Positions 1-24,400 of a stretch of DNA of 64,000 nucleotides are shown here, piece after piece. Numbering within the stretch: the stretch's first letter is position 1; every line of letters starts with the position of its first letter. A program made the translations under genes and the position numbers. The stretch comes from Balanoglossus misakiensis. Taxonomy: Eukaryota > Animalia > Hemichordata. Below the pieces are notes generated by a model that saw nothing but the letters and a program-made list of their open reading frames with translations, was not told the DNA's origin and ran no database searches. The stretch is taken from NCBI GenBank assembly GCA_040954595.2, contig CM082584.2, forward strand, positions 12,497,066 through 12,561,065, given 5' to 3'.

Positions 1-2712
1 TGATGAATGCCTTGAGATGGGTTAAAACTGCAAATTGACTGACTATATTCACCAACATAAGTTATTATATGTACCTTAATATTGTCTTGGTGTGCTGACT
101 CTGATATTGGATCAGTATACCAACAAAGAAAAGTCAGTGTAGCATCCAGTTCCAGCTCTGGAATCAATGCAAGCTCGATGGCTTTGTAAAACCATGCCTC
201 AAATTGGACCAGCATCCACCATATTTCCAGCATATCCACTCTTGTCTTCAATGTGCTAATTATTGCACATATTGACTGGATCTGCATATGGCTGGCTGCA
301 TTGGATAATCCTGCAGTGCATTAGCAAAGATAACATTTCACCATAAATAATTCAGTGAGCAATTTTACGTTGCAAGTCTGCTAGTCTTTTCAAATACCAA
401 AATCAAACTCTAAAATACAAACCTTTTGGTTGTACTTGTATGAGTTGTGCCAGAGGTCTTAGGTTTCTTGAATACAAACTACATACTTCTACAACTGGCT
501 GAAAATCAAACACATGGAATCAGCTGTTTGGTGAACACATTGGCTGAATTAAAGAGACTACAAGAATAATTCATGTCAATTCTACTAAATGAAGATTCCA
601 CACCTTATACTAAAATACACATACACACAGAGAGAAACCTACCTCATTGTGATCACATGACACAGCTTCCAGAATTGCAACGTTGAACAGGCTGATGAGT
701 TTCAAAACATCCACATTACCATGGCAACTCACAAGGATCGATTTCAACATGGCAGTGACAGCAATGTGGATGGCTGGGTTGTCAACACACGCTTGTGGCT
801 GGTGAAGGACCATATTGCACTTCGGTTAAAGGTAAAAACTAGCTCTATTTGCATATTCCTTATCAGATATTGATCGTTATTGTCTGATGTGGTTGATTCA
901 TTGAACAAAGATCTTACCAAGTTTCTGGACTGAATGATTGACACAGCTTCTTTTCTGCTACACCATGGTTTATGTAATATTGTCACTTCCACTAAAATTT
1001 GTACTTCCTGTTCCAAAGCTGGCAAATACCGTGACCATAGCTGTAGTCTTCCTCGGTATGATAAATCTAATCCTTGAAAAGAAAATTAGTTGATAGTATA
1101 ATTATATCCATGCCAAGGGCTCCGTCACTGTCTGCCCTGGCGAGGGGCGCCCCATATGCACACGAAGGGTATAGGGGTGTGTGAAACTGAAAGATAAAAA
1201 GCACACCCCTTCATGCAAAAATGACCTTACCACATGTTTCTTTGAAATAGGCATCTTTCTGTAGCTGAGTAACCTTCTCCAAGAAGGACGCTGAGAGCTC
1301 TTCTGTGATTGATGCAGAGTGACAGGCCAGGAGACTCTCGACCAATGGCAGTGCTTGTGGTATGTGCAGCAGTGGGAGACACATCTCAGAAACATCATGA
1401 AGGCTTGTATCAGTTGAAGTGTTGGGTGCATCATGGGAGTTGGTAGTGTCTGTACCAGTGGCACCAGATCTGACCGGTATCAGAGAACTGAAAAAATAAC
1501 AACTAGCATCATTTATCATTTATATGACAAAGAGATGAAGATTAGCTCACTCAGTGGCTCCACTGTGTAAACGTGCTTGTGAGAGTGCTTACTTTGTCTT
1601 TGAGCTCCATCTTCTGCAACACATTCTATCCAGGTCCTTCTGAATGGCATCTATGAACTGATCAGATAGTCCTTATCATGAGGGTGCAGTGGTAAAGAGT
1701 GACAATATTGCAATATACCAAGGTACCACTTACTAGAAGTATCATCACTGGGCAAATAGTTAATACCCACCTTATTAATTGCTGTTTGGTTGAATTCATG
1801 TGGTAAAACTCCTGTCATCTCTGTCACAGTCTTGAAGGGTTTTTCTGATGGCACATAACCTGCAGTGTTCTTGATCTGAGACTGAAAAAAACAAATTCGC
1901 CTGTCTTGAATCTTTTTGATTACCACAACCCTGGTTGTAAAAGAATGTACTTGGAAAAACTTCTGAGAATACAGTTGTTTCACAGATGTAAACTTACATG
2001 GGCCCATCTTCTTGCTTTTTCTTCAAGCTCATCCCTGGGATTCTCTGGTGCAAGTACAAGTATGCACTTCAGCAGATTTCTATAGGTACTTTCTGTAAAA
2101 GATAAATGGAAGGGGTCATCGCGCCGCTTGGGTGTCCCCCTTGATGAGAATATGTCCTCCCCACGGTTACTATAGTAACCGTGGTCCTCCCATAGTGTAG
2201 GTCACAGGTGATGATCCCCCGCCCCCCCCCCCCTGAAATAGATTAATGTATTTCACTCCAGGGTCTATGATCTGACACACAATGACCTTATTTATAATAT
2301 TTATGTGCTTTACCTGTAAGTAGCACAACATTATTACAACAGAGTCTGCCAAGCAGTTGACCAATATTTGGAAGAGATTTTACAGCAATGTGGGTATCGT
2401 GCTGAATGAATGGAAAAAAGAAAGGAAAATATTGAGTAAAGTTAACATTATTCTAGAGATCAGATAAAATATAAGTACAAATCTATTCCTGATGCCCGAG
2501 ATCATTGATTTTTTATATGTACTTACCCACTTACAAAGTACATCATGTAAGCGGTGTAAAAAGTCATCAAGTTTCGGTATGTTTTCAAATGTTTCCCGGG
2601 TTGTTTGGCCATCGTCTGCTGGGCCCCAAATTTTCACAAGATTCAGCCAATCATCAACTTCAGCGCACAGCCTGTCATCTGTTTCCGCATTCTCCGCCAG
2701 GTGTTCGGACAT
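1..2712 (-). CDS. FANCC: Fanconi anemia group C protein orthologue, multi-exon; 3' end apparently beyond the left edge of the window
   Basis: Joining GT-AG exons from the ATG at 2712 gives MSEHL...VDDWLNLVKIWG...LDDFLHRLHDVLCKW|HDTHIAVKSLPNIGQLLGRLCCNNVVLLT|ESTYRNLLKCILVLAPENPRDELEEKARRWAH|...VSEMCLPLLHIPQALPLVESLLACHSASITEELSASFLEKV...LWSRYLPALEQEV. These match, in order, recalled vertebrate FANCC motifs ([37 protein letters not shown]...EILQPEFFEAV; LWLRHLPSLE). Confidence 0.8.
2161..2184. repeat. Perfect 24-bp palindrome in a FANCC intron
   Basis: CCACGGTTACTATAGTAACCGTGG is its own reverse complement; it is followed by a C-rich tract at ~2216-2233. Confidence 0.9.
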
Positions 2713-3160
2713 TGTTTACAACAGGTGAAACATACTAGTAGAAATCTGTCTTTATTTGTATATTTACATCATTATGCATGCTAATGAACTCAGTCCTTCC
2801 GCATATGAGAAGTGTGACCCTTTGTGCCCTTTTGCCTCGTTCTCACAAGTCGAAACCATTTTCTATAGGGATGACTGACTTTGTAAAATACTTTTATTTC
2901 ACCTGGTTATGAATGATTTCACTGATAAGAAAGAGTAACAGATATTGTAAATTGTATATTCTGTTTTACTGTATTTTAATCAATTTAAGTTTTCTTCAAG
3001 CGACGAAATCCTCCTGGCAATATTCTGTCCACCCCACCGCAACGTTGTACCATTCGTGATTCGGGATCTTTCGTTTTTTTCCACAAGCAACCAATATGGC
3101 CGCCTTTGTGTGAAGCCAGAGGCAGAGGGACGAGGAAAATTTTCACCCCAAAACTACGGT
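2713..3160. promoter_or_regulatory. Putative bidirectional promoter region FANCC / SMARCA2/4
   Basis: Divergent gene starts; locally CpG-richer sequence; YY1-like AATATGGCCGCC at 3093-3104; possible donor of a non-coding first exon at 3159 (GTATAG). Confidence 0.5.
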
Positions 3161-3809
3161 ATAGTCTTAAATTTGTGTTAATTCTTTCATCGTTTTAATG
3201 TGATGTTTGCTTTTTATCACACTGGTACTGGTTTTTAGGTTCATATGGATATATTTTGGCAAAAAAGTATACGTTGGTTCTTGTCGGTTTCGTGGTGCTT
3301 TGTTCAGACTTGGCGTTGAGTGTGTAGCTTTCCGCTGGGGCGTAAAGGCTCGATTTTATTGTTTTGAAAAGTCACTTCAGAAATCAACGCACGTGGGACA
3401 TTGTGAAATATCGTAAACATGGGGGCGCCGACGCTATGAACGTGGTAATACGTCCGTCTCCTATCTAATGTAATGAAAATCGTCAACATTACATTCGCAC
3501 AGTAAACCGCATATTTGCTCACGCGAATCAAACACAAGTAATATACACATTTGCCTGTATTCTTTTTGCAGTTTTTACTCAAAATCCATAGTCCTATTTC
3601 AGAATCTGTGGGTTTCAATTTGTGTTTTTAACATGTATGTGTGTTTTTGTTGGTTTTAGTTTGTGATTTATTGCCTCGACATTCAACGAAAGGGTTTATT
3701 CTGGTGGACAAATCCTCAAGGACACCGGTCAATTGCTTTGGCCTAAATAAGAAGTGAAATGGAAACTAGCTGACTTTGATTTTCATTGTTTGCTTATCAG
3801 GATATCATT

Positions 3810-15333
<11,524 letters not shown>

Positions 15334-16580
15334 ATTTGATTTCAAAAAGATACATCATGCACCTTTGTCAAAATGATTTTAGGTGTCTCGTCTATTTATA
15401 CTTTTTAGATACATTGGATATTCTGAGGTCTGAGATATTTCTGTAATGATATAGATTTTGATTATAGTACCAATGCAATATCAGCAGATTTCTGTATGTG
15501 TCAGACCAGATTGTCAATTTATTTGGTGTGAGCACAAAGGGTTTACTGAGGACGAAATGTCTTCAGTGAAGACTGTCAGTTTACAGTATTTGATTCAAAA
15601 GAGAATTCTGTGTATGTGTGCATATGTGTTCAGTAGAGTATATCATGTAGTAGTTTGTAAGTCCCTTCAGAGTTTACCATAGAGAATTATATTAAAGGCA
15701 GACTTTCATACCCAGGGCACTCAATCCAAGGAACAGTTCACTCTGGAGGATTATTAGCAGGATGTATTGCTTGATTGCATGAAGGATATTGTGTTATAGC
15801 TGTAGTGAATCTTGGAAGCAAAGGTTACTGGGGTCCACTTTGTACATTTTACTGACCGTGAATTTACCATTTGTGCAGTTTGCACACATTCGTAGATGGG
15901 CTTGTGATTGGCTGTGTGAATACAGAGGAAACATTGAATTTCAAGGGATGCTGGTGTCATGCACTCTTAGTTCATACAGGAGCATGTCAGAATGTAACAC
16001 TAGATCCAGAGAGTGCATTCATAAGAAGAGAAAGACTACCAAGTTAATATAAAATAATTTATTCACTGCTTGGTACAGATGCTTTTGATGTGTTTTCAGA
16101 GAGTGAGAATGCACCAAGCCTGTGTCCTCATGTCAGATATTTGTCTGATTTTAAAATTAATTTTGCACATGCTGCCTTGTATTTTCAAAACTAGAGGATG
16201 TTATATAATCAAGTTTTATACACCCACGATGCGCCATAATTTGCCGCTGGGTTTGTAGCTGTGAAGGGTAACTGATCACTCTGCAGATTGAAATTTCTCT
16301 AATATTACACGTACATTGCTACTGTACTTGACCTTTGCATCTAGATGGGGGGGGGGGGGGGACTGTTCTCAGCATAGGGGCTACTTCTGTGCATATCCTG
16401 CAGGGAAGAGACACTTGATTCGAAGTTGTGTGATAGAGATGCGAGTTGACCAGAGTGGAGCATCATCAGAGTAGGGTCTTGCACGACACAGAACAGAGAG
16501 AATGATTTGGAAGGGCGGAAGTATTTTGACTCAATGTATGATAGGAGAAACTGAGCATCAATCAAGTGCAAACTATGTTA

Positions 16581-16586
16581 AATAAA
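16581..16586 (+). terminator. Candidate polyadenylation signal of SMARCA2/4
   Basis: AATAAA followed by a GT/T-rich tract (TTGTCTTGTCTTTGTT), ~1.25 kb after the stop codon. Confidence 0.45.
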
Positions 16587-18233
16587 GTGCTTCAACAGCT
16601 ATTGTCTTGTCTTTGTTAGTATCTGTTGATAAGTATCTTAAAACATAAGATTCTTGTTTTGCGCTTTATGGCCAATATAGCATTTTTTAAACTCCACGAG
16701 ACTTCAATAAACGGCGCAAAAGTTACAATTTTTGTTCAACTCTGCACTTACTACGGTATTAAGCCAAGTCCCGCGAGATCTCGCACTGAACGGAACATCG
16801 TCAACCAAAGGCACTCAATATGCGAACGAAACAAAACGAGTGTATTTATTAACAATGATAAATGATAAATCTGCATATATTCTAGTCTAATACGACATGA
16901 ATTACGAGTGGTGTTCAATGTCTGAACCGTGACGATTGCACAACACGATCCGACTTACAACACGTCAACAACACCTGGCGTACTGAGGCTTTAAACATGC
17001 ATGGCCAATCGTGAAGCACACACTGGCTAATGTGTACAGCTGTATACAGAGGTTTTCTTGGTTGGGGGAGTGACCACGTTTAATGTAATAGCTTCACCAG
17101 GTGCTTTCACACATTTAGTACGTGCCACTTCATTCGCGGCATCGCTTTCACGGTGGAAGCATGTTGGTGATGGCGGCGTTTTCTTTGCCCAAAACACGTG
17201 AAGCGGTGAAGCAGAAAAAACACGAAGAGGTCGACGAGGAAGACTGGTTGTTCTAGGATTTAGGAAGAGCTTCTTGGGGAAAATGTGCATGACTACCGAA
17301 AGAAACTGTCATTTCTTCAGGAAGACCGATCAATCAAGTAAGCACACCCCACACTCCCATGTTACAGGGCATGATTACAGTTTAATATTCCTCAGAACAA
17401 GATGGCATCCCCGACACATGTAAAACCTCTTGACAAATTCATTCGTCACATCTTGTTCTTGGGAAAATTAAATTGCAATCGTTACTTGGAGGTTAGTGTA
17501 AAAATTCAAGCCCCATGAGCTGTAACTCGTTATTTATCTCATCAAAACTTATAATAAGACTTGTATATACTTCATTGGATAGATGTTTGTCATCGACGTA
17601 CGTCATCGTGCGTGACAACCACGCGGATTTACCGGATTCTGTTTGAATACCCGGACTACTTTCATGGAACGGAGCTGCAAGGCCCACCGTAGATCTGTAA
17701 AGGAGGGGAATCTTGCCCACAGCCATTCTCCGTACAGAGATTGTATCTAACCTAGCTAAGGGGGGGGGGGGGGGGGGGACTTGCCGCACGAGTCTTCATG
17801 TGGTTCAAAGCAGGTGTATTTTCTGACAGCTAAATAGAACATTCTACCGTTTAGGATACCAAGAGCGATTCGTGGAAACTTAACGCTCTAATGATCAGAG
17901 TAATAATTCAAAGACTTCAAAGTAAAAATTAGACACTTTCATGCATGACCACAGCGAATTTACCATCGAACTGAAATAGCAATATACTATAGGGGGAGTC
18001 GCTCGGTTGGAGTGATGAGTTGGCACCAGCGAATCGATGTGTCTCTAATGCGTCAGGTGTTATACATACCCTGCCAAAATGGTATAGCCTTTCTCCACAC
18101 GTTGCATATTGCCCAATAAATTAAATGTTTCAGAAGCATAACGTCATTTGTGGACTAGGAAAGAACTTTGCAAAGGCACCAAGCAGACTAGCAACAGTAT
18201 CAGAAAAAAACTAGGAAAGTTATAACCGAAGCA

Positions 18234-19265
18234 ATGAACGGAACCTCGGTAGAAAACCGCGACTCTCCCAATCTGCCACAGCTGTGGATAACACAGTGGA
18301 CGGGCGCCATGGAGATCCTCTTCACCATCGCAACGCTCTTAGGCAACTTTCTGTTCATCGGCGCCGTTGTTGTCAAGAAAAAGTTGCGGACACTGGCCAA
18401 CGCCTTTCTGGTCAACCTCAGCCTGACCGACATTTTCGCCGCTATCCTGGTGTCGTCCTTTTCAATCGATGCCTACTTTCGTCGCGGTTGGTACCTGGGA
18501 CGCCAGTTGTGCATCGCTCACAATATTTTACACCCAGTTCTGCTCAGCATATCGTTATATCTGACTGCCTTCACTGCTCTCAACCGATACATCTTCATAG
18601 TTCATCACCAAATCTACCACCGCATCACCAACAAGGTCACGGTAACTTTGGCTCTGTTGTGCGCCTGGGCGTTTCCCTTCGCACTCCGCGCGCACGTTAT
18701 AGCAAATACATCAAGGTATTCCCCTAGCGCTTTCCGGTGCCGAACTTCTGCCACTCAACTTGAGATTGCCCTGACTATGTACATCCCCAGCGTCATCACC
18801 ATGGTGCTCTACAGCATGATCTTCATTTATGTGCGCCAAAGTCGCCGACGTATTCAGTCTTACCCTTCACAAAACAACGCGGGCACGCATCGGTCGCCTA
18901 AACCACAAGAAGTGCGAATGTTGAAGGTTCTTGTGATTGTCTTTCTTCTGGTCCTCATGGGGTATCTACCGTACGTGTTCGTCATCAACATATACACTGC
19001 ATTGGGCGTACGACCATCACCTGTACCATTCATTCTGCTGTACCCGTGCATACACATCGCAGGTGTGTTGAATCCTATTCTCTACGGAGGCAGCAACAAG
19101 AATTTTCGAGCGGCGTACAGACAACTTCTGACAGGAAAGTTGTTCTACGGAAACACGGGCAGCTCCACGGCGACGGCAACCACGGCAGCAGACGGCAATC
19201 CCCGCGGTCGCATATTTACGATCAATACTCTCCATCCACGTGTCACAGGTGTCGGCGCGATGTGA
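18234..19265 (+). CDS. Intronless rhodopsin-family (class A) GPCR, melatonin-receptor/Tre1/Moody-like
   Basis: 343 aa with seven hydrophobic segments; GN in TM1, NLSLTD in TM2, TM3 Cys and NRY in place of DRY, YLPY in TM6, LNPILY in TM7, helix 8 NKNFRAAY, N-terminal NGT sequon. Confidence 0.92.
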   Translation: MNGTSVENRDSPNLPQLWITQWTGAMEILFTIATLLGNFLFIGAVVVKKKLRTLANAFLVNLSLTDIFAAILVSSFSIDAYFRRGWYLGRQLCIAHNILHPVLLSISLYLTAFTALNRYIFIVHHQIYHRITNKVTVTLALLCAWAFPFALRAHVIANTSRYSPSAFRCRTSATQLEIALTMYIPSVITMVLYSMIFIYVRQSRRRIQSYPSQNNAGTHRSPKPQEVRMLKVLVIVFLLVLMGYLPYVFVINIYTALGVRPSPVPFILLYPCIHIAGVLNPILYGGSNKNFRAAYRQLLTGKLFYGNTGSSTATATTAADGNPRGRIFTINTLHPRVTGVGAM

Positions 19266-21429
19266 ACGTTCGTCTCAAGGTGAAAACAAGGTCCATCAGA
19301 CTCTGGACATAAAACACACTTTCACATATAGTTTTGTGGACCAACTTATCTTTAGTGATACCACCATGAAAACAACCGAAATGAACATTAGAACACTTTG
19401 TATAAGAAGTACCACTTAGTACGTGGAAAAAATCCACAGAAACTCACAGGTTTTGAACAAAATATGGAATTCATATTATACATGTATAGGAGTAGGTTGA
19501 CAAGGTATGCTAACTGCAGAATCATGTCAAAAGATATTTTGAATTTTCAGTGTTGCACCAATGATCCCACCTCCACTTTATATATATTCAGGTTGGGTAA
19601 TCAAGTTTATGCATGTTTAGAAGTTCGTGACAACTGCACAAAATTACTCTAGTAAATGTGGATTTCTCTGTGGCTTTTTAATTCATGCATATTTAATATT
19701 TCGTTATTGTATTATTCTGTGACGTTCAACGTTTTTGCAGTTAGGCCTAGAGCAATATATGAATAATAAGCAATGCGATGAACACCCTTTTTTCTTCGTC
19801 TATGTTCTCAAAAGGACTCTTACTGTATAGCAAGGAAATGAAGGGTTTGGGGAGTATTATTTCTCTGAAATTATGTCTGCGAGGCGCGTACTTAGAAGTG
19901 TAAGCAGAGACGAGTTTGACGGTTGAAGCTTACAATGTGCCACTTACCTTTTCTGGAGTAGAGAGAAGTCCGTAGAGACGTTTCGGCGTGCAATGTATTG
20001 GCACACCGAAGGCAATGTGTATCAGCATGTCAAATAGAGGGGAATCAAACTAAAACGGGTAATTTTCTTGTTTCTGCTTTAATAGCAAAGCACAGTGAAA
20101 GACACACGTGACACTGCAATCTCACAGGATTTGCAGATTGTCACGTGAAAAAGGTATTGCATATATAGCTTACAGTAACAGCACAGTTTTCCTAGTGAGT
20201 GATACTATGCGCAAAACGAGTCGATGTCGCCTTGAAATGAAGATTAGAAATCTCCCGTTGGCGAGGTCCAGAAGGAAAATGTTAGAAAAGGTTTCGATGT
20301 ATCCGTTTGTCACGAACAGTTCTGAGAAATTGAGGTATATGATGCAACATCCGAGGCCATCATACGGTAAATTAATTCGTATAGTAGTAACTAAAAAAGC
20401 CATCACCAACGACTTTTAGATTACACGAATAAAATGAAATTGGACCAAGTAAAGCTAACACCGGCTTTACCTTAATGTACGTCACATCTTGGTAACCCGA
20501 AGAAAGTCTGTAAGGTACGTCGGATCTAACGCGCCTCAAGAAACCGACATCATTAACAAATGAAGCAAAACCTGTAACGAACCCGGGGTATACAATCCCT
20601 TTCGTAGAACATCCCAAGTATTCAAATTGCTATTAAAATTTCATAAAAGTGCCTTACCATGCCAACGAAACCATGGAAAGCTAATTTGCTTCTTGGAATT
20701 CCTTGTGCCCAGCAGACCAGCAAAGGTGGGCGAAAATAGCGAGATACATATTTTATTTCCCTTTTTACATCTTTAAGTTATTTTTCCCTACAACATGCTG
20801 TGATTTATATTGTAGGAAGGATTTCTCAAGAATGTTCAATATGCTGCTAGCAAACTGATTCCTCGTGAATAAGCATAAATTAATTACTGTTTGCGTCAAT
20901 GAAAGTAATGAGTATAAGGGCTCAAGCAAAGTTAGGCTCCAACTGGGATCCACAGTACTTGAGTTAATTTCAGTTAACATATTAATGATGTGGTCAGTAT
21001 CTCAATTCAGGCACGTTTCTCGCCATGTTTCTACGAATCCCTCTTGGTAGTAATTTTGAAAGATGTCCTTGTTTAATTTTTAAATTCAAAGTACGTAGGC
21101 GTATTGTTATCTTATGAATCATGAATCTGAGCTTTTCTAATTGCAACTGGAATTGTCATCAAAGGTCCGTATTTGTTGACAGGGTCATTTCTACAGAAAT
21201 ATACAATAGACGTGTTGTCTGAACATAGAACTATTTATTGGAAAAACAAAAGAGAGGTTCAGCTTTCATAACATATGCCCCTTTAAATGTATGAGGTCAC
21301 CTGAATTTATTTAAGTACATGTATAGGATAACGTGTTGCTGTTCATTAAAAAAGGTACAAAAAATACGAGATCACGATCTATTCTACCATGTTTCAAAAC
21401 AGACTGATCAGTGATGTTCAGATGGTGTT

Positions 21430-24400
21430 TTACAGCATCTTCATGAAATCTTCACCAGAAATTCCAACGGATTCATGCATTTTTCTGCTTCTCAGCGCAC
21501 CACAGTCCTCTGTTACTTTATCGATAATAGGCTTGTATTTCTTGAAAAGTTGTTTTGATATTGCCACAGTGTCTCCTGCAATGCAATTATGTAATATGCA
21601 GCCATGTTAGAATGGCACATCTTCAGACAAAATCATAACAAGATGGCCGCCAGTGGCGGCCATATTGGATCTTTATGTGACATAATGTATATTGGCTGCA
21701 CCCACCTTGTGGTGTGTCTGGGTACTCTGTTCTGTCAAAGGTCCAAGCACTCTCAATCTTGAAGACTGCCTTACTAAATGCATCCTCATCAAATTTGTGA
21801 TGGTGTACTGTACTATTGTAGAGAGAGTCTACAAACAACTGCCATCTAGACTTATAGTAGCTGCAACAACAGAGAAAAAATGCTGTTAATCTGCTGTAAC
21901 TAAACAGAAAGCACTGTGACTAGATGGAACAAATCACAAATATACAAGCAGAAAGCTGTATTTGCATTTAGTCAACTTCGTTACAACCCCTGGTTAAGGT
22001 CTCATTTTTTCATAATTAAATTTCCTGACAAAGCATCCAATACTCGTCAAGTTAATCAAGACAGTTGCCATGCAAACTCACCTTTTGATCAGACCTCCCC
22101 ACATCTTATTTGCATAGTCGAGAATCTGTGAAGTTAGAAATAACACTTTGGTCATTGAACAACAAATATGAAATCTCTCTTAATAAATTGAGATATAACT
22201 GCTTATTGTGACATCACTAATTCTAATTCTGCTGATTGTGTTATGTACCATCATAAAGTATCACTATATGTGCACCTTGCAGGTTGATTCATTCTAAATT
22301 TCTTGCATTTTCTTGGCCTTGTTATGAGTTGCTGGTGGTGCTTACCTCTCCATTTGGTCCCCATAAAGTTATTTGGTTTCTAGCATTGTACTCATAGAGA
22401 TCTCTTTCCTGTTGAGAAACCAATTCAGACTTTTAAAACATAATATACCTTTGCAATTCTAACCTGTGCATGTGGTTTCAAAATGAACTGAAAAGCTATC
22501 TTGCAGAACATGTGAAAGTTTGTAATGTTTCCCTTTGTGATTCAGCTAGACAAACGAATGAATGAATGCAGCAACGTTCCACCAATTACCTTCTCATTTG
22601 TTGCCAGGTCTTTTGCAGATTTAATCCACTTTCCAAGAAGGTAATGCTGATTGGACGACAGAATCAGATCCATGTCATCAAATAGCTCCAGCAAATTCTC
22701 ACCTTCTTGCCTGCAGCAAACAGACATGCATGTAAGTTCGATCACGTATCAAGAATTCCATTATTTTTTCATCGTCAGGTAATAAGCAATTCTGTCCCAC
22801 CAACCCGCCCATTTATTTTTCATTTCCACCAAAGGGCTTACTTTAAAACACACATGATCAGACTAAAGCAATGCTGTACAGACATTACATGCCTGAGATG
22901 TGATGACTCACAGTATGAAGAGAAAGTTTCGGTGTAGTTTTTACGAGAGTACACATATTTTCATACAAAGAAAAGACTTAGGAAAGGCTAAACCAGCAAG
23001 ATAGCTCTTTTGCTAATACGATCAACAAATCGCAATAATGGTAAATACACAATCCAAGATTGAGTGAAGATGTTTGCTTACTTAACTCCCTGTGCATCCC
23101 ACTTAAAGTGGTTAACTACAATTGCTTTGTAGAACACACAATATGCACAGTCTTGTAAAACTTGTCTGGTGACATCAATCAGGTCATACCTATAATGAAC
23201 AAATAACAGTCAGCCATATTGACTTTATAAGATGTGGATCAACTTTACTGTGCAAAAATTCCATGTAATAACAGAAATGGCATAAGACATTTTCTCACCT
23301 GAATGTTTCAGTATTTTGTAGAGAATTTTCTTGCACTGTTGAATTCAGGAAGTTCTCCCATGCTTTCACAACATCTTTCCAATCATACCACAGCTGGAAA
23401 CACAATGGAAATCATTCATAATCACTTGAGCCAGAAAAAAAATCTTCAAAAAACATCGTATTTGTAAACCTCATGGGAGGTTATTTTAAGAGAAATAGCT
23501 AGTGTTCATGTCAGCCTTGAGTGCTTCCCAACTGAAATCATGAAAACCTTGCTCCTGTCAACTTACATTTTCTCCCATAACTAATGAGGGTCTGTGCAGC
23601 ATAACAGCCATGCTGTGACCTGCATGTCCATCACTACAATTATAGACACTCTGCAGAAGTTTACTCCATCCTGCTGACAAGACCTCTACATTGATACCAT
23701 ACCTTGATTTTGAATAACTTGAAATCCTGCAGAACCGAACAGTGAAAGAGTACAATGGAATATAGAGTAGATGGAACATAGAGTAGATGGAACATAGAGT
23801 AGATGGAACATAGAGTAGATGGAACAGAGCCTACTTTTTTGAGAGGAAAAGGGATGTTGATGAGATCTTCAACATCGAGGTCTTTGATTGGACAGGAAGG
23901 AGTAACAAGCCGCAGCGAAACAGACTTCCACTCAGTAATTGAGAGAAGGGGAGAGAGGAGAGGAAAGCAGGGACAACAGCTAGCCTTCCACCCAGAGTTC
24001 ACCAACCATGGAATGTAGCTCTAAGCTTGATGATTGCAAAGCGAGACTAACTATAATGATCCTGTTTAGTGGATGAGCTTCTGTCATAAGCAAAGGAATG
24101 ATGACAATCCATTTAAAGACAACAATAAGAGAATGTAGCCAGACCTTTAGTTCAAGGTGCATTAATGATTAACAGTGCAACAAACTAAGATGTTACTTTA
24201 GCTTTAAGTTAATTTTCTGAGAAGCAGCATTTTAAAATCTGATTCAGCCTCAGTTGTGTTTTCCAAATCAGAATCATACATGGAGTAATGGTACTTTTAC
24301 TCACTGCTGGATTGAGCTTTAGTGTTGGTTTCTTAACAATGATGCTTTTCCCATGATCCTTATGTCCATCGGTGCAATTATAGACAGACCTCTTCAAGAA

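Noticed and set aside
16346-17778. Poly-G tracts (near 16346 and 17760; also near 34925) as functional G-quadruplex elements
   Set aside because: Isolated homopolymers are common in such genomes, and there is no supporting context.
20108-20617. Short ORFs between the GPCR and NAGLU as an extra gene
   Set aside because: No recognisable motif and no consistent splice structure.
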